Of a stretch of DNA of 64,000 nucleotides, positions 52,214-64,000 are shown piece by piece. Location: contig NC_068981.1 of NCBI RefSeq assembly GCF_001194135.2, positions 31,280,183-31,344,182 of the forward strand, read 5' to 3'. Position numbers and translations under genes: made by a program. The stretch is from Octopus bimaculoides. Its lineage: Eukaryota. Each line of letters begins with the position of its first letter. Position 1 is the first letter of the stretch. The notes beneath the pieces are model-generated. The model searched no databases and was not told where the DNA came from. It was given only the letters and a program-made list of their open reading frames with translations.

Positions 52214-52694
52214 CACATAGTCAATATTATTTATCGACTCCGCCACACACACACACACACGTAAATTTCTTTTCTTGAATAGTCCAAGAGTGAAAGAAGA
52301 ATATATAATATATGTTAAAACAAAAGTATATTTAGAATGCTTTATGTTAAAATACATGCATTCATATGTGTTTATATTTTTAAAAGTTTTGCTGCAGAAC
52401 TCTACGAACTTAACGAAACAAAATCAAAAATACACCCTGAGCATGTTGCAGCATCAAAAAGATACAGTGAACTAATATAGCAAAATGACAGCAAGAACGA
52501 AAACATGGCGACGACGACGACGACGAAAACGTCGACGTCATTATAATCATAAAAGAACAACAATAACAAAGAACAACAACAACATCATTATCAGTATCTT
52601 CATTAATGTGAACACTGACAAAAACAAATTAATCAGTATCAGATTAGACATTGCTTGTACAACATAACTGTAGGTAAAAATTTCACCTCCATAT

Positions 52695-52735
<41 letters not shown>

Positions 52736-53319
52736 CAACAACAAAAACACCACCAACAACAACAACAATAATAATAATAATAATAATGAAGTATGAAATG
52801 TTGTTATTGTTCAGAAATATGAAAGAGATAATTAATTAACTCTGATCTCTATTTGCAATGTTGATGTTTATGATACTGACTCAGAAATTTTCTATTTCTT
52901 TTTTATTTCCTTAATTAATGAAAATTTCTAGAAATGTATATCTTTTTAGCATTTTTTATTATACATTTGTGAATCAATCTTCTTATCTATTTTTCATTTC
53001 CTGAAGCAATTCCCCTAATTCGCTCTTTGAACAACATTTGAGCGTTTTTTTTAAAGCATATTTTTTACGGCTTTGGTCTGCCATATAAGTTTTCTTGTTT
53101 TAATTTATTTTTTTTTTTTTAGAAGTTGATACCTTCTAACCACTGTCCAGAAAATTTGACTCCTTAAAGACATACTTCAACAGAAGTGGACGTAAAGATA
53201 AGAGATTCTCAACTCTTCTTCATGGAGTAGTTGGCCCACGCATTCCAATAATGTATGTACACTGGGCAACTATCTTACGGACGACTTAGTTTATGGGATT
53301 ATATAGGATGACATATACC

Positions 53320-53520
53320 ATATCAGAAATGTAGCGGTATTACAGTGAAATCGCACGTGCATTAAAGAACACATTCATACAAATTTGTCTTATGTTAGGA
53401 AGCACCTGAGATGTCATAACTAGAATAATAAATTCTCCCTCAAAGCCAAAGATTGGAATACAGGAAATTTAAAGATTCAGCGGTGTATTCGTAATAGGAA
53501 AACTAAATCCTGTTGTGAAT
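53320..53520 (-). mobile_element. Possible very decayed Penelope-like RT fragment
   Basis: FSYYEYTAESLNFLYSNLWL*GRIY...NARAISL*YRYISD loosely resembles F.YE.S.ESINFLD..I.L..G.I...SQA.R..RI.SD. Weak. Confidence 0.3.
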
Positions 53521-53924
53521 AACATAAAACGATGTGCAACGTTAACTACCAAACAACAGAACATCCAACCTGCTCATGTTGCAATCCACTCCTCATCTAG
53601 ACATAGCTTTGCTACTCAGAGCTATTTGCAATCTCCTTTTTCTCTTGATAAAAGGTTTTTTTACGATGAAATATAGAAATATAAGGAAAAAGTGCAAACC
53701 ATTGTTTTAATTTATTTTCGGTTGTAGTCCTTTTTCTCTAGCTTTCTTGAATAACCCCCGATAGAGAGTTCAGAAGTAGCAGTAAGCCTATTGTGCAGTC
53801 TAAAAAAAAATCGGCTTCAGCGAAGCACAACTGGTAGCAGGTTAAAGTACTTGAAATACATGACTTAATAAGTTTATTCAGAACGACCACAATAAGCTAT
53901 ATTATTGGTACGAAGGTTTAACAC

Positions 53925-54120
53925 ATCTTAGTTCTGAAGGTGGTGCACGAAATATAACAGAACGAATTAGTATCACAGACCGTTTCAATGAACATTTCGA
54001 GGTCTTGCTTAATCTTGATTGTGCAGCTAACGGATGATCTCAAAATAACATCATACACAGGCCAAAGATGATCAGCTAAACTGCACCTTATGACACTGTA
54101 AAAAAATAATAAAAGATATG
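53925..54120 (+). mobile_element. Decayed RTE-clade LINE fragment (linker between endonuclease and RT)
   Basis: LSSEGGARNITERISITDRFNEHFEVLLN...APYDTVKK resembles the RTE motif L.S.DG..LIT....I..RW.EHF..LLN...PT..EV.KAI. Confidence 0.55.
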
Positions 54121-55988
54121 ACCTATTCCCTAAAAACAATACGCCCACCACCAACGCCGAGTCCTCTGCGATTCTAGTTGAGAAAAGCTATAATAAAGCA
54201 ACAAAGCATTGTTTGCTCGTCTTGAAGCTAAAAAAAGCACCAACGGAGCGAAATGATGTAATGCGTTATTACTATTATACATAAAGAATACGAATGAGTC
54301 TATGGTGTTTCCAAAATAATTTTGAAAATTTCTGGTTAGAAAGTTACTTCACCAACTCAATTCACTATCAAAGAATCACCTACTTAAATCTCAATCTAGT
54401 TTTTGATATTGAGAAACAGTATTACTATATTTCTTCGTTAGATACAGAAGATATCCTGAATAATCGTTGTATATTTTCTTCTTTTGTCTTCACCTTGCTA
54501 ATGCACATTTATTCTGTAAATTGTGAAGCTATACGGTAGGTTAGAGCCAATCTTAGCTGCTTACAAAAATTACTGATCTACTCGTATGACGCAAATGAGA
54601 ACAGGAGTCTAATAGTCATTAAACACGAAACATGCAGCAAGCTAGAATATTTTTCAACTGTTCGGTCCATGGACAAGTACATATGTTAACAAACACACAT
54701 ACGTACACACATGTACATAAATATATAGATATATTGAGTGAAACAAGTAAATGATACATATTACACTTATATGCAATACACATTTACATATATAATATTC
54801 ATGTACTTATATATACACAACTATGACCCCTTCCCTTGTATACCTAATCTTATATACATATATCCAGAGATAGAGAGGGAGATCGGGGGGAGAGGGATGA
54901 GTGAGAGGGAAAGAGGCTGGAAACAAAGTAACACAGAAACAGATTCAAACATAAAAGACACATTTCGGATAAGTTTATCACATTGTCACTTACTCGCTCT
55001 CTCGCTCCGTGCATATATAAGTGTGTGTTTTGTGAGAGTACATAGGAGAGATTGTGATAAACAGCTTTACTAAATACTAATATCAACAAATCTTTTCTTA
55101 AACTGTCTTAATTAAACATTTTGATGAAGGAGATAAGATGTCACATATATCTAACAATATAAGAATATAACTTTATGTTCACTAACGCCATCTACTCATT
55201 TATCACGTAGTCGTCCTATCCCCCATCAGAGTATGCAACATTTCATGTACTACATAGTAGTGGATGTTCCAATTCTCATCTCGTCAGAAACACTGTTTGT
55301 CAGTGATAGTTTCTGCTTGTTCAATCGAATTTCATTCCTAACTGAATTGGTCTATGATCAACAGTATATCAGTTGTGACTAAATCATTGATTTTTCTGCT
55401 GAGATGATAAGATGTGATTTGAGGGAAATTTCATTGTTATTTCATCATCACCATCACCAGTGCAAAATTACTTAACGAATAAAGGTCTAAACAAATACAA
55501 TATAACTATCTATGTAGAACTAAATAAATAATAGTATAAATAAATAGCGAACTAAGTAAATAACTAAATAAATTAAATAAAGAAAGAACAGAGAGAAAGA
55601 AAAGAAGAAAAACAAATACAAATATTATTGTACTTATTAGGCATAATTTCAGTCAATGGACATTGATGTATGATTTTTCAATAATCGAAAACCGTCTTGG
55701 AAGGCGTTTTGCAGGCATGTTGCTGTTCCTATAATTACAGATGTTGTTATGGATGGTGCTGCTGTTTGTCTCCTTGTTACTTCTGTTATTTTGTCACCAG
55801 TCGTTACCGTTGATTGAAAAATATTATGATCAGAGACATTCCAAACGTGACCATTCCATTTATTTATCTATTTCGTATTTTCACGATCACATTGTCTTTA
55901 GCAAAGCCATAGACAATTAGCTAGCTAGCCAGATAGATATATAGTTAACTTGAGAGACAGACAGACAGACAGATAGATAGACAGATAC

Positions 55989-57206
55989 ATTTCTTTTATT
56001 AGCCACACAGGGCTCAACGAAGATGGGACAAATACAATGTAGAGCTTTTCTTTTTGGGAGGGGGAAAGAAAAAANNNNNNNNNNNNNNNNNNNNNNNNNN
56101 NNNNNNNNNNNNNNNNNNNNNNNNNNNNNNNNNNNNNNNNNNNNNNNNNNNNNNNNNNNNNNNNNNNNNNNNNNNNNNNNNNNNNNNNNNNNNNNNNNNN
56201 NNNNNNNNNNNNNNNNNNNNNNNNNNNNNNNNNNNNNNNNNNNNNNNNNNNNNNNNNNNNNNNNNNNNNNNNNNNNNNNNNNNNNNNNNNNNNNNNNNNN
56301 NNNNNNNNNNNNNNNNNNNNNNNNNNNNNNNNNNNNNNNNNNNNNNNNNNNNNNNNNNNNNNNNNNNNNNNNNNNNNNNNNNNNNNNNNNNNNNNNNNNN
56401 NNNNNNNNNNNNNNNNNNNNNNNNNNNNNNNNNNNNNNNNNNNNNNNNNNNNNNNNNNNNNNNNNNNNNNNNNNNNNNNNNNNNNNNNNNNNNNNNNNNN
56501 NNNNNNNNNNNNNNNNNNNNNNNNNNNNNNNNNNNNNNNNNNNNNNNNNNNNNNNNNNNNNNNNNNNNNNNNNNNNNNNNNNNNNNNNNNNNNNNNNNNN
56601 NNNNNNNNNNNNNNNNNNNNNNNNNNNNNNNNNNNNNNNNNNNNNNNNNNNNNNNNNNNNNNNNNNNNNNNNNNNNNNNNNNNNNNNNNNNNNNNNNNNN
56701 NNNNNNNNNNNNNNNNNNNNNNNNNNNNNNNNNNNNNNNNNNNNNNNNNNNNNNNNNNNNNNNNNNNNNNNNNNNNNNNNNNNNNNNNNNNNNNNNNNNN
56801 NNNNNNNNNNNNNNNNNNNNNNNNNNNNNNNNNNNNNNNNNNNNNNNNNNNNNNNNNNNNNNNNNNNNNNNNNNNNNNNNNNNNNNNNNNNNNTGGGACA
56901 CTGTACGAGTGCGTGCAGAACGGTTTCGTCGCTCTGCCGGCATCTCGGACAGGTCGGCCCCGTGTTTCTCGAGCCATGCCTGTAGAGCTTATCCCGAACG
57001 GGTAGTGCTTCTCGATAACACTGCCAGGCCAGGGATCTCTGGAAGTTGTCCATAGGTCCCGGTCCGAAGGTCGTCTTAAACAGGCGGGTCAGGTATTCCT
57101 CGTCGACGCCCAGGTTCGCCCCGAGATCGTCGTCGTACCTTCCCTCCACTAATCCACTATAGAATGCGTTAGTTGTGATGCAGTCGCTCAAGGTTGACCC
57201 GGGTTG
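55989..57206 (-). mobile_element. 5'-truncated L1/Tx1-clade non-LTR retrotransposon (ORF2 C-terminus and probable 3' end, split by an N-gap)
   Basis: 57200-56894 translates ...LAWQCYREALPVRDKLYRHG...TCPRCRQSDETVLHALVQCP (zf-RVT-like Cx2Cx8Hx4C). Across the gap (56075-56893), 56074-55989 ends with AATAAA and runs into (TCTA/TCTG)n. That both sides belong to one element is inferred. Confidence 0.8.
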
Positions 57207-57335
57207 TAGACAGATAGATAGATAGACAAGTAGATAACTTGAGAGATAAACTGATAGATAGATAAATATATAGATAGATAAATGGATAGATAGACAGACA
57301 GAAAGACAGACAGACAGACAAACACACATACAGAC

Positions 57336-57391
<56 letters not shown>

Positions 57392-57822
57392 TGGATATAT
57401 AAATAGCGCGTGAAAAGGCTGGACTCTTGCGTTAAAGGTAATATGTAACTGCTGTTTCTAGCATATCTAGCAACTATATATAGGAATCATACAGAAATTT
57501 GTCATGAGTATGTATGCATGTGTATGTATATGTGTGTGAGTGTGTGTCTATGTGTATATGTGTGTTTGTGAGGAGGGCATGTGTATGTGCGCATGTGTGA
57601 GTGCCAGTTGGTCTAAGTGGTACCACATGCAGAGGTTACAGTGGTCAAATATTATTATCGTCCCAGATCAACAATGACCAAGCATATTTATGATCAAAAA
57701 CAATCCAGCTTTGAATGGCCATTTAATTTTGCAATGTAGTATAAGGGAGATTTGCCTGCTGTTCCTGGTAGGTCGAGCAACCAGGCTGAGACTCCAGAAG
57801 ACATATATTATGAATATAGAAA

Positions 57823-57880
<58 letters not shown>

Positions 57881-57884
57881 TTTT

Positions 57885-58029
57885 CTTTTATTCTTTTACT
57901 TGTTTCAGTCATGTGACTGCAGCCATGTTGGAGCACCGCCTAGTACTTAGTGTATTCATATCTTTTGCCGAACCGCTAAGGTACGTGGACGTAAACATAC
58001 CAATATCGGGTGTAAGTGATGGTGGGGGT

Positions 58030-58061
<32 letters not shown>

Positions 58062-58535
58062 ACACATATATATATATATGGACAACACAGGATTGTTTCC
58101 GTCTACCAAATGCACAAGGCTTTAGTTGGCCCGAAGCTATAGTAGAAAACACTTCCCTAAGGTGCCACGCAGTGGGACTGAACCCGGAACCATGTGTTTG
58201 GGAAACAAGCTTCTTATCACACAGCCATGCCTGCAGCGCCGCCTTTAGTCGAACAAATCGATCCCAAAACTTATTCTTTGTAAGCCTAGCACTTATCCTA
58301 TCGGTCTCTTTTGCCGAACCGTTAAGTTACGGAGATGTAAACACACCAGCATCGGTTGTTAAGCGATGGTGGTGGAGACAAACACAGACACACATACGAC
58401 GGGCTTCTTTCAGTTTCCGTCCACCAAATTCACTCACATGTCTTTGGTCGGCTCAGGACTATAGCAGACACTTGCTCAAGGTGCCACGCAGTGGGACTGA
58501 ACCTGGAACCATGTGGTTAGTAAGCACACTGCCAC
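57885..58535 (-). mobile_element. Two SINE family A copies head-to-tail
   Basis: Copy 1 is about 57885-58232 (B box GGGTTCAGTCCC on the minus strand). Copy 2 is about 58236-58535; it lacks the terminal tail and has almost no internal microsatellite. Confidence 0.85.
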
Positions 58536-58652
58536 TTACAACACTGTCACACCTTCATGTAACACTAACTTGCAGTAACGTCTGTAAACAATAGGTGTCT
58601 TGTTGACATATATCAGACACGACCATTCACTTGAATAACATACGCGCGCACA

Positions 58653-58705
<53 letters not shown>

Positions 58706-58985
58706 CGGTAAAACTCACAGATCAGTAACATAATTTCCGTTGTATTCAAAGAGTATGATACAAAAACCAGCACATGTAAGAATGTGTGACAGTTGATATT
58801 CATACGAAGAAACAAACATATATATACACACATCCATATACGTACATAAGATATTGTAGATGCGTATATACATGTATTTATTCATATACATATATGTGTG
58901 TGTGTGTGTGTGTATACACAATATGTGGATGTGTATCAATCGCGCGCGAATAAGATAGAAAGGAAGGAGTAGGGAAGAGGAATAA

Positions 58986-59018
58986 AGAGAGAGAGAGAGA
59001 GAGAGAGAGAGAAGGCCA

Positions 59019-59102
<84 letters not shown>

Positions 59103-59145
59103 AAGGCACAGAGAGAGAGAAAGAAAGGCAGAGAGAGAGAGAAAG
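58986..59145. repeat. (GA)n microsatellite and GA-rich flank
   Basis: Read directly. Similar runs at about 23270, 33870, 43595, 49125-49570 and 61825. Confidence 0.95.
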
Positions 59146-61817
59146 AAAGACAAAACTGGAAGAAAGATTAGAAAAGAAAGTAAAAAAGCTGAAATAATGA
59201 AAGTATAATAAGGTCCGAAAAAAACTGATGTAAGATTTCTAGTTTACTTTTTTGTGCATGAAAAAAAAAAATACACAGAATGTGTTATTGTAAGAGTACA
59301 TATTAGCACGAACGTTTATTGTTTACGTTTCCAATTGTGTAGAGTCCAACAACAACGAGAAAATCCTTTTGAAAATGCATTACGTTATTTATGAATGTAC
59401 ACCGTGAATGACTGGAATAAGACGATTTTTAAGATTATTTATTTATTTATTTATTTATTTGTGTACACGCACACATATACTGTGTATGTGTGTGTGTGTG
59501 TGCTATATATGTGCGCACACACATATCGCACGCATGTGCGTATATAGAGACGGAGAAAGAGATAGAACTACATCGAGAGGGAGGCATTAGCAGACAAACA
59601 GGAATGCAAGAAGTGGGCGTTATATATATATATATATATATATNNNNNNNNNNNNNNNNNNNNNNNNNNNNNNNNNNNNNNNNNNNNNNNNNNNNNNNNN
59701 NNNNNNNNNNNNNNNNNNNNNNNNNNNNNNNNNNNNNNNNNNNNNNNNNNNNNNNNNNNNNNNNNNNNNNNNNNNNNNNNNNNNNNNNNNNNNNNNNNNN
59801 NNNNNNNNNNNNNNNNNNNNNNNNNNNNNNNNNNNNNNNNNNNNNNNNNNNNNNNNNNNNNNNNNNNNNNNNNNNNNNNNNNNNNNNNNNNNNNNNNNNN
59901 NNNNNNNNNNNNNNNNNNNNNNNNNNNNNNNNNNNNNNNNNNNNNNNNNNNNNNNNNNNNNNNNNNNNNNNNNNNNNNNNNNNNNNNNNNNNNNNNNNNN
60001 NNNNNNNNNNNNNNNNNNNNNNNNNNNNNNNNNNNNNNNNNNNNNNNNNNNNNNNNNNNNNNNNNNNNNNNNNNNNNNNNNNNNNNNNNNNNNNNNNNNN
60101 NNNNNNNNNNNNNNNNNNNNNNNNNNNNNNNNNNNNNNNNNNNNNNNNNNNNNNNNNNNNNNNNNNNNNNNNNNNNNNNNNNNNNNNNNNNNNTGTGTGT
60201 GTGTGTGTGTGTATAATGGCCAACACCTATTTAATATACACACACATATGCAAATATACCCATGTGTTGTGCGTGCGCGTGAGATGTCTTTAATGTAGGA
60301 AGAAGTTTAGCAGTTTTGTTTTGAGTGGGAAAGGTCGGCTGGTACTATCGACCCAGTATTTGACATGTACTTCTGTTTATTGACTCTGGAGTGATGAAAG
60401 GCGAGGCTGACCCCAACGGAATTTAAACTAACATTGTGATATTTAAGGTAGAAATATCGCAATACAGTTTATTCCAAGCCCGTAACTTATTTTATCAATG
60501 GCAAAAATGAGAAGGACAATTTAAATACTCGGCGTTATTTTATCTGTCAAGCTACTAATTACGTGAAGAACTGCTCAGAGAAACAGCTGCTCGTCAAAAG
60601 ACTGCACTGCATGCCATGCTTTATTTACAGTCGTGAGGGTGTCGAACTAGTAGAATTGTTGATATGCCAAATAAAGAGCTTCAACGCATACCGTTCGGCT
60701 TGTTGTTTTGAGTTCAAATTCAATCGAAGTCAATAAGTCAATACGATAAGAATCATTTTAGCACGTCTAGCTTCATCAGCACAAAAATTTTAGGCCTTCT
60801 GCTTATAACAGAAAGAATTATGTATTTGCAGTCCTCTGCTTTCTGCGCTCAATATCTCACCAAGATAGACTACGACTTTCGTGATTCCAATATCAATAAA
60901 GTATAAAGTAGTGATACATGGGGGGGGGGGTTAATTCCGCCAGCTTTGTCCGAAAAAAAGACAATAGTAATAATAAATATAAAAAAGATGTCCGTTAATC
61001 GAGTCGGAGCTACTTATAAAACCAATTGCTTGATTGTTATTTGGAGCGGAAGTTAAGAGCTTAGAAGACAGGAAGTTAAAAGCCTTATTAGAGGGTGAGT
61101 GACAGTTAACTGAGTGTGAAAACTGGGACAGAATGAATACGCTTCGATGAGTATTAATTTGAAAGCATAGTATTATAAGAATAATAAGAATAATAACAAT
61201 AATAACAGAAATGTATAGTTGCGTAGACGTCTCAAGTGCTTAGATGAGTGGAACTAAAGCAATGGGAATGGAGAGAGTGGGGCATATAAGAGTGTAAGAG
61301 AAGATTGGAAGATGAAAAGGGGTCATTGGAAGTTAAAAGTATTTGAAAGGGGAGCGTTAAGAGGGCCACAGAGGAACGAAGGTTAAAAATCTACAAATAG
61401 GCGGAAGTTGAAATCTTTAGAAAAGCGGAAATCCAATAAGGGAGATAATGTTGATAATATTTGTGCTACATGAAGTTAAATAGGGTTAGAATAATAGCTA
61501 TTAAACGCAGGTATATTGGAATAATAAAACATTTTCACGCCTTTTTCTTTCTGTTTTCATTAAGTTTTACAACAGATATAAACTGTTAAATTTTAGAGAA
61601 AGATACTAAATGCATTTGCATTACGAATGGAATTGGAACTAATTCTTGAGTACTAATTTCTTTAATCACTAAACAAAAACCGGGCTCTAAAGAGTATTAA
61701 TACACTATTAAATTTTTGTATATGGTTTTCAAATTGTCACCCCTTACTATGTATGTGTGTATGTATGTGTGTGTGTGTCTGGGAGAAAGTGAGCGTGAGA
61801 GAGAAAGAGAGAGGAAG

Positions 61818-61877
<60 letters not shown>

Positions 61878-62726
61878 TGACAGATAAGCTGATAAACAAC
61901 CTATACTTCAAAAGTGTGACTTCCGGGCTATTACCTGCATTTTAACAATGATTTTCAATCAATATGAACTTCGATGTTCTCAGGCATCTTATTTCTTGAT
62001 GTGCACAAGTCACAGAATATATTCATTCTAAGAATCTTCATTTCTGATCAATGACCAGAGATATACTTAATCCGGCTTACATGATGCTAAGCAAAGGTAA
62101 AATGTATAGAACATAGCTGATCGAATATGTAAATGTACTGGATGTTTTATGGTTGAAATGTAAAGGTGTGAGACATTCAATTTTCCATATGTTGACATCA
62201 AACATAAGAACATGCTGACAAATGTTTGAATGTAACAAATGGTTGAGACACAGCATCGCAATTCCATTAATCGGTCATAGAAGCTGACTGTTTATGTAAC
62301 AATGACGGAAAGCTAAATGTTGAGTGTCATGGAGCGATTTGAACTGTGAATTTAAAGGGAGGTAACTAAATACAGTCCTCGACTACGTTTGACATTTTGG
62401 TTCTAAATATAAGTAAAAAAAAGTGAAGCGTTACTATAGATGCACAGGCTCAATGTCCTGACAATAGGCTAAGCACCAGGAAAATGTACCACACACACAC
62501 ACACACACAGCAATTAATGATGTCTCTTGTCTTCTCTACTTTCAAGGCTTTGCTGGACATTTTTATTTTTTGTATTTGAATCACTTGTGACTCCTTAACT
62601 AGGGAAGATTCTCTGAAACTTAAGTAATCCTTGGATTATGCTAATACGATCAAACGTAAGCTTCAACCATCATTGGATTATGTCGTTTAATAATTTAGAC
62701 TCGATTAAGACAGTTTACACCATATT

Positions 62727-62727
<1 letters not shown>

Positions 62728-62779
<52 letters not shown>

Positions 62780-62838
62780 TCAGCAGCAGCAGCAGCAACA
62801 GCAGCACCAGCAGCAGCNNNNNNNNNNAACAGCAGCAC

Positions 62839-62912
<74 letters not shown>

Positions 62913-62922
62913 ATAGTAGTAG
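62728..62922. repeat. Compound (AGT)n(AGC)n(AGT)n microsatellite with a 10-N gap
   Basis: Read directly. Confidence 0.95.
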
Positions 62923-63102
62923 TTGTACAAATGGTAATAGTTATTGTAGCTTTTTTTTATTATTAACTATCATTATTCTTGATGACACCAATAATTCGTG
63001 TTATTTGCACGCAGTTACGAGACGTACGGGGAATAATTACATCTTGAAATCGGGTTAGATGGTTATGAAGCTTCTAAAATACGATCACACACGAATACCC
63101 CA

Positions 63103-63142
<40 letters not shown>

Positions 63143-63259
63143 ACGCATATATGTTTGCATATGTGTGTGTGCGTGTATTGTGTGTGTGTTTATAAATGCA
63201 TCAATATATTTTCGTATATATATATATATATATGTACAAGTGTATAGACATACGGAGAT

Positions 63260-63347
63260 AGATAGGTAGATAAATAGATAGATAGATAGATAGATAGGTA
63301 GATAGGTAGATAGATAGATAGACAGATAGATAGATAGATAGGCTAAG

Positions 63348-63400
<53 letters not shown>
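63260..63400. repeat. (GATA)n tetranucleotide repeat
   Basis: Read directly. Others at about 8020-8120, 16290-16430, 32565-32625, 42420-42485, 44830-44870 and 57210-57390. Confidence 0.9.
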
Positions 63401-63401
<1 letters not shown>

Positions 63402-64000
63402 CACAGGTAGATAAGTATGCAAATAGACAGATGCATACACACATAGATTGATAAACAGATAGGTACACACCTACAGGCATACATCTAGGTGAATATATTC
63501 CAGACCATGTTTTATCTGTTTTGTCTGAAGCTTATGTCCTTTTAATTAACTGTTCAGCTAATAATTTACTAGATTGCTATCACTGTTGATTCGTGATCTC
63601 TAGCGGCGGATATACATACATAGACATATACGAATACACACTTACATATAGAAATATATATCGGGTACGTACGTACGTACACACTCATGCACTCGCACGC
63701 ACGTATATAAGTGAGGCGGTACGTGTGTGAATGTGTGTGTATATATATATATCGATTAAGGATCGATTGTATAAACACATATTTGTGCGAAAACATCGAC
63801 TGGGCTTATCCTCAAAGAAGTGAGTTCACATTTATAACATGGTCTCTGTGTGTATCTCTTTCTTTCTCCCTCTGTCTCTCTCTCCCTGTGTGTATCTCTT
63901 TCTTTCTCCCCCTGTCTCTCTCTCTCATGCGCACAGTCACACACTCATTTCTATTGTATATGAATACGTAGATGTTTACATATATATATATATATATATA

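Overview
AT-rich animal genomic DNA, very rich in microsatellites, from a gap-ridden scaffold. I count 16 N-runs, most of them bordered by simple repeats. The SINE families and the extreme (CA)n/(TA)n/(GA)n/(GATA)n load point to an octopus genome (inference; species cannot be fixed from the sequence). Only one host coding segment is supportable: a minus-strand terminal coding exon (27411->26817) of a KCTD1/KCTD15 (Drosophila tiwaz-like) BTB protein. It starts at a phase-2 acceptor, and I could not find its 5' exon(s) in the window. The rest is intronic or intergenic and filled with decayed mobile DNA: four Tc1/mariner-superfamily remnants (a TIR-complete DD36E Tc1-like copy, a DD37D/maT-like copy, two mariner copies), fragments of RTE, R4/Dong-like, L1/Tx1-like and Penelope-like retroelements, a probable hAT end, and many copies of three tRNA-derived SINE families. 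Almost all other ORFs in the track are microsatellite or N-gap artefacts. The best leads are: (i) one SINE family shares its 3' tail with what appears to be the 3' end of an L1/Tx1-type LINE sitting in a GATA/GACA microsatellite, and the same SINE body also occurs with a second tail type; (ii) the DD36E spacing of the Tc1 copy; (iii) a polypyrimidine-AG|GTAAGT motif 14 kb upstream of the KCTD acceptor on the gene's strand (possible recursive splice site or alternative exon). I see no solid evidence for a new protein-coding system. All alignments and counts were done by eye, and repeat boundaries are approximate.
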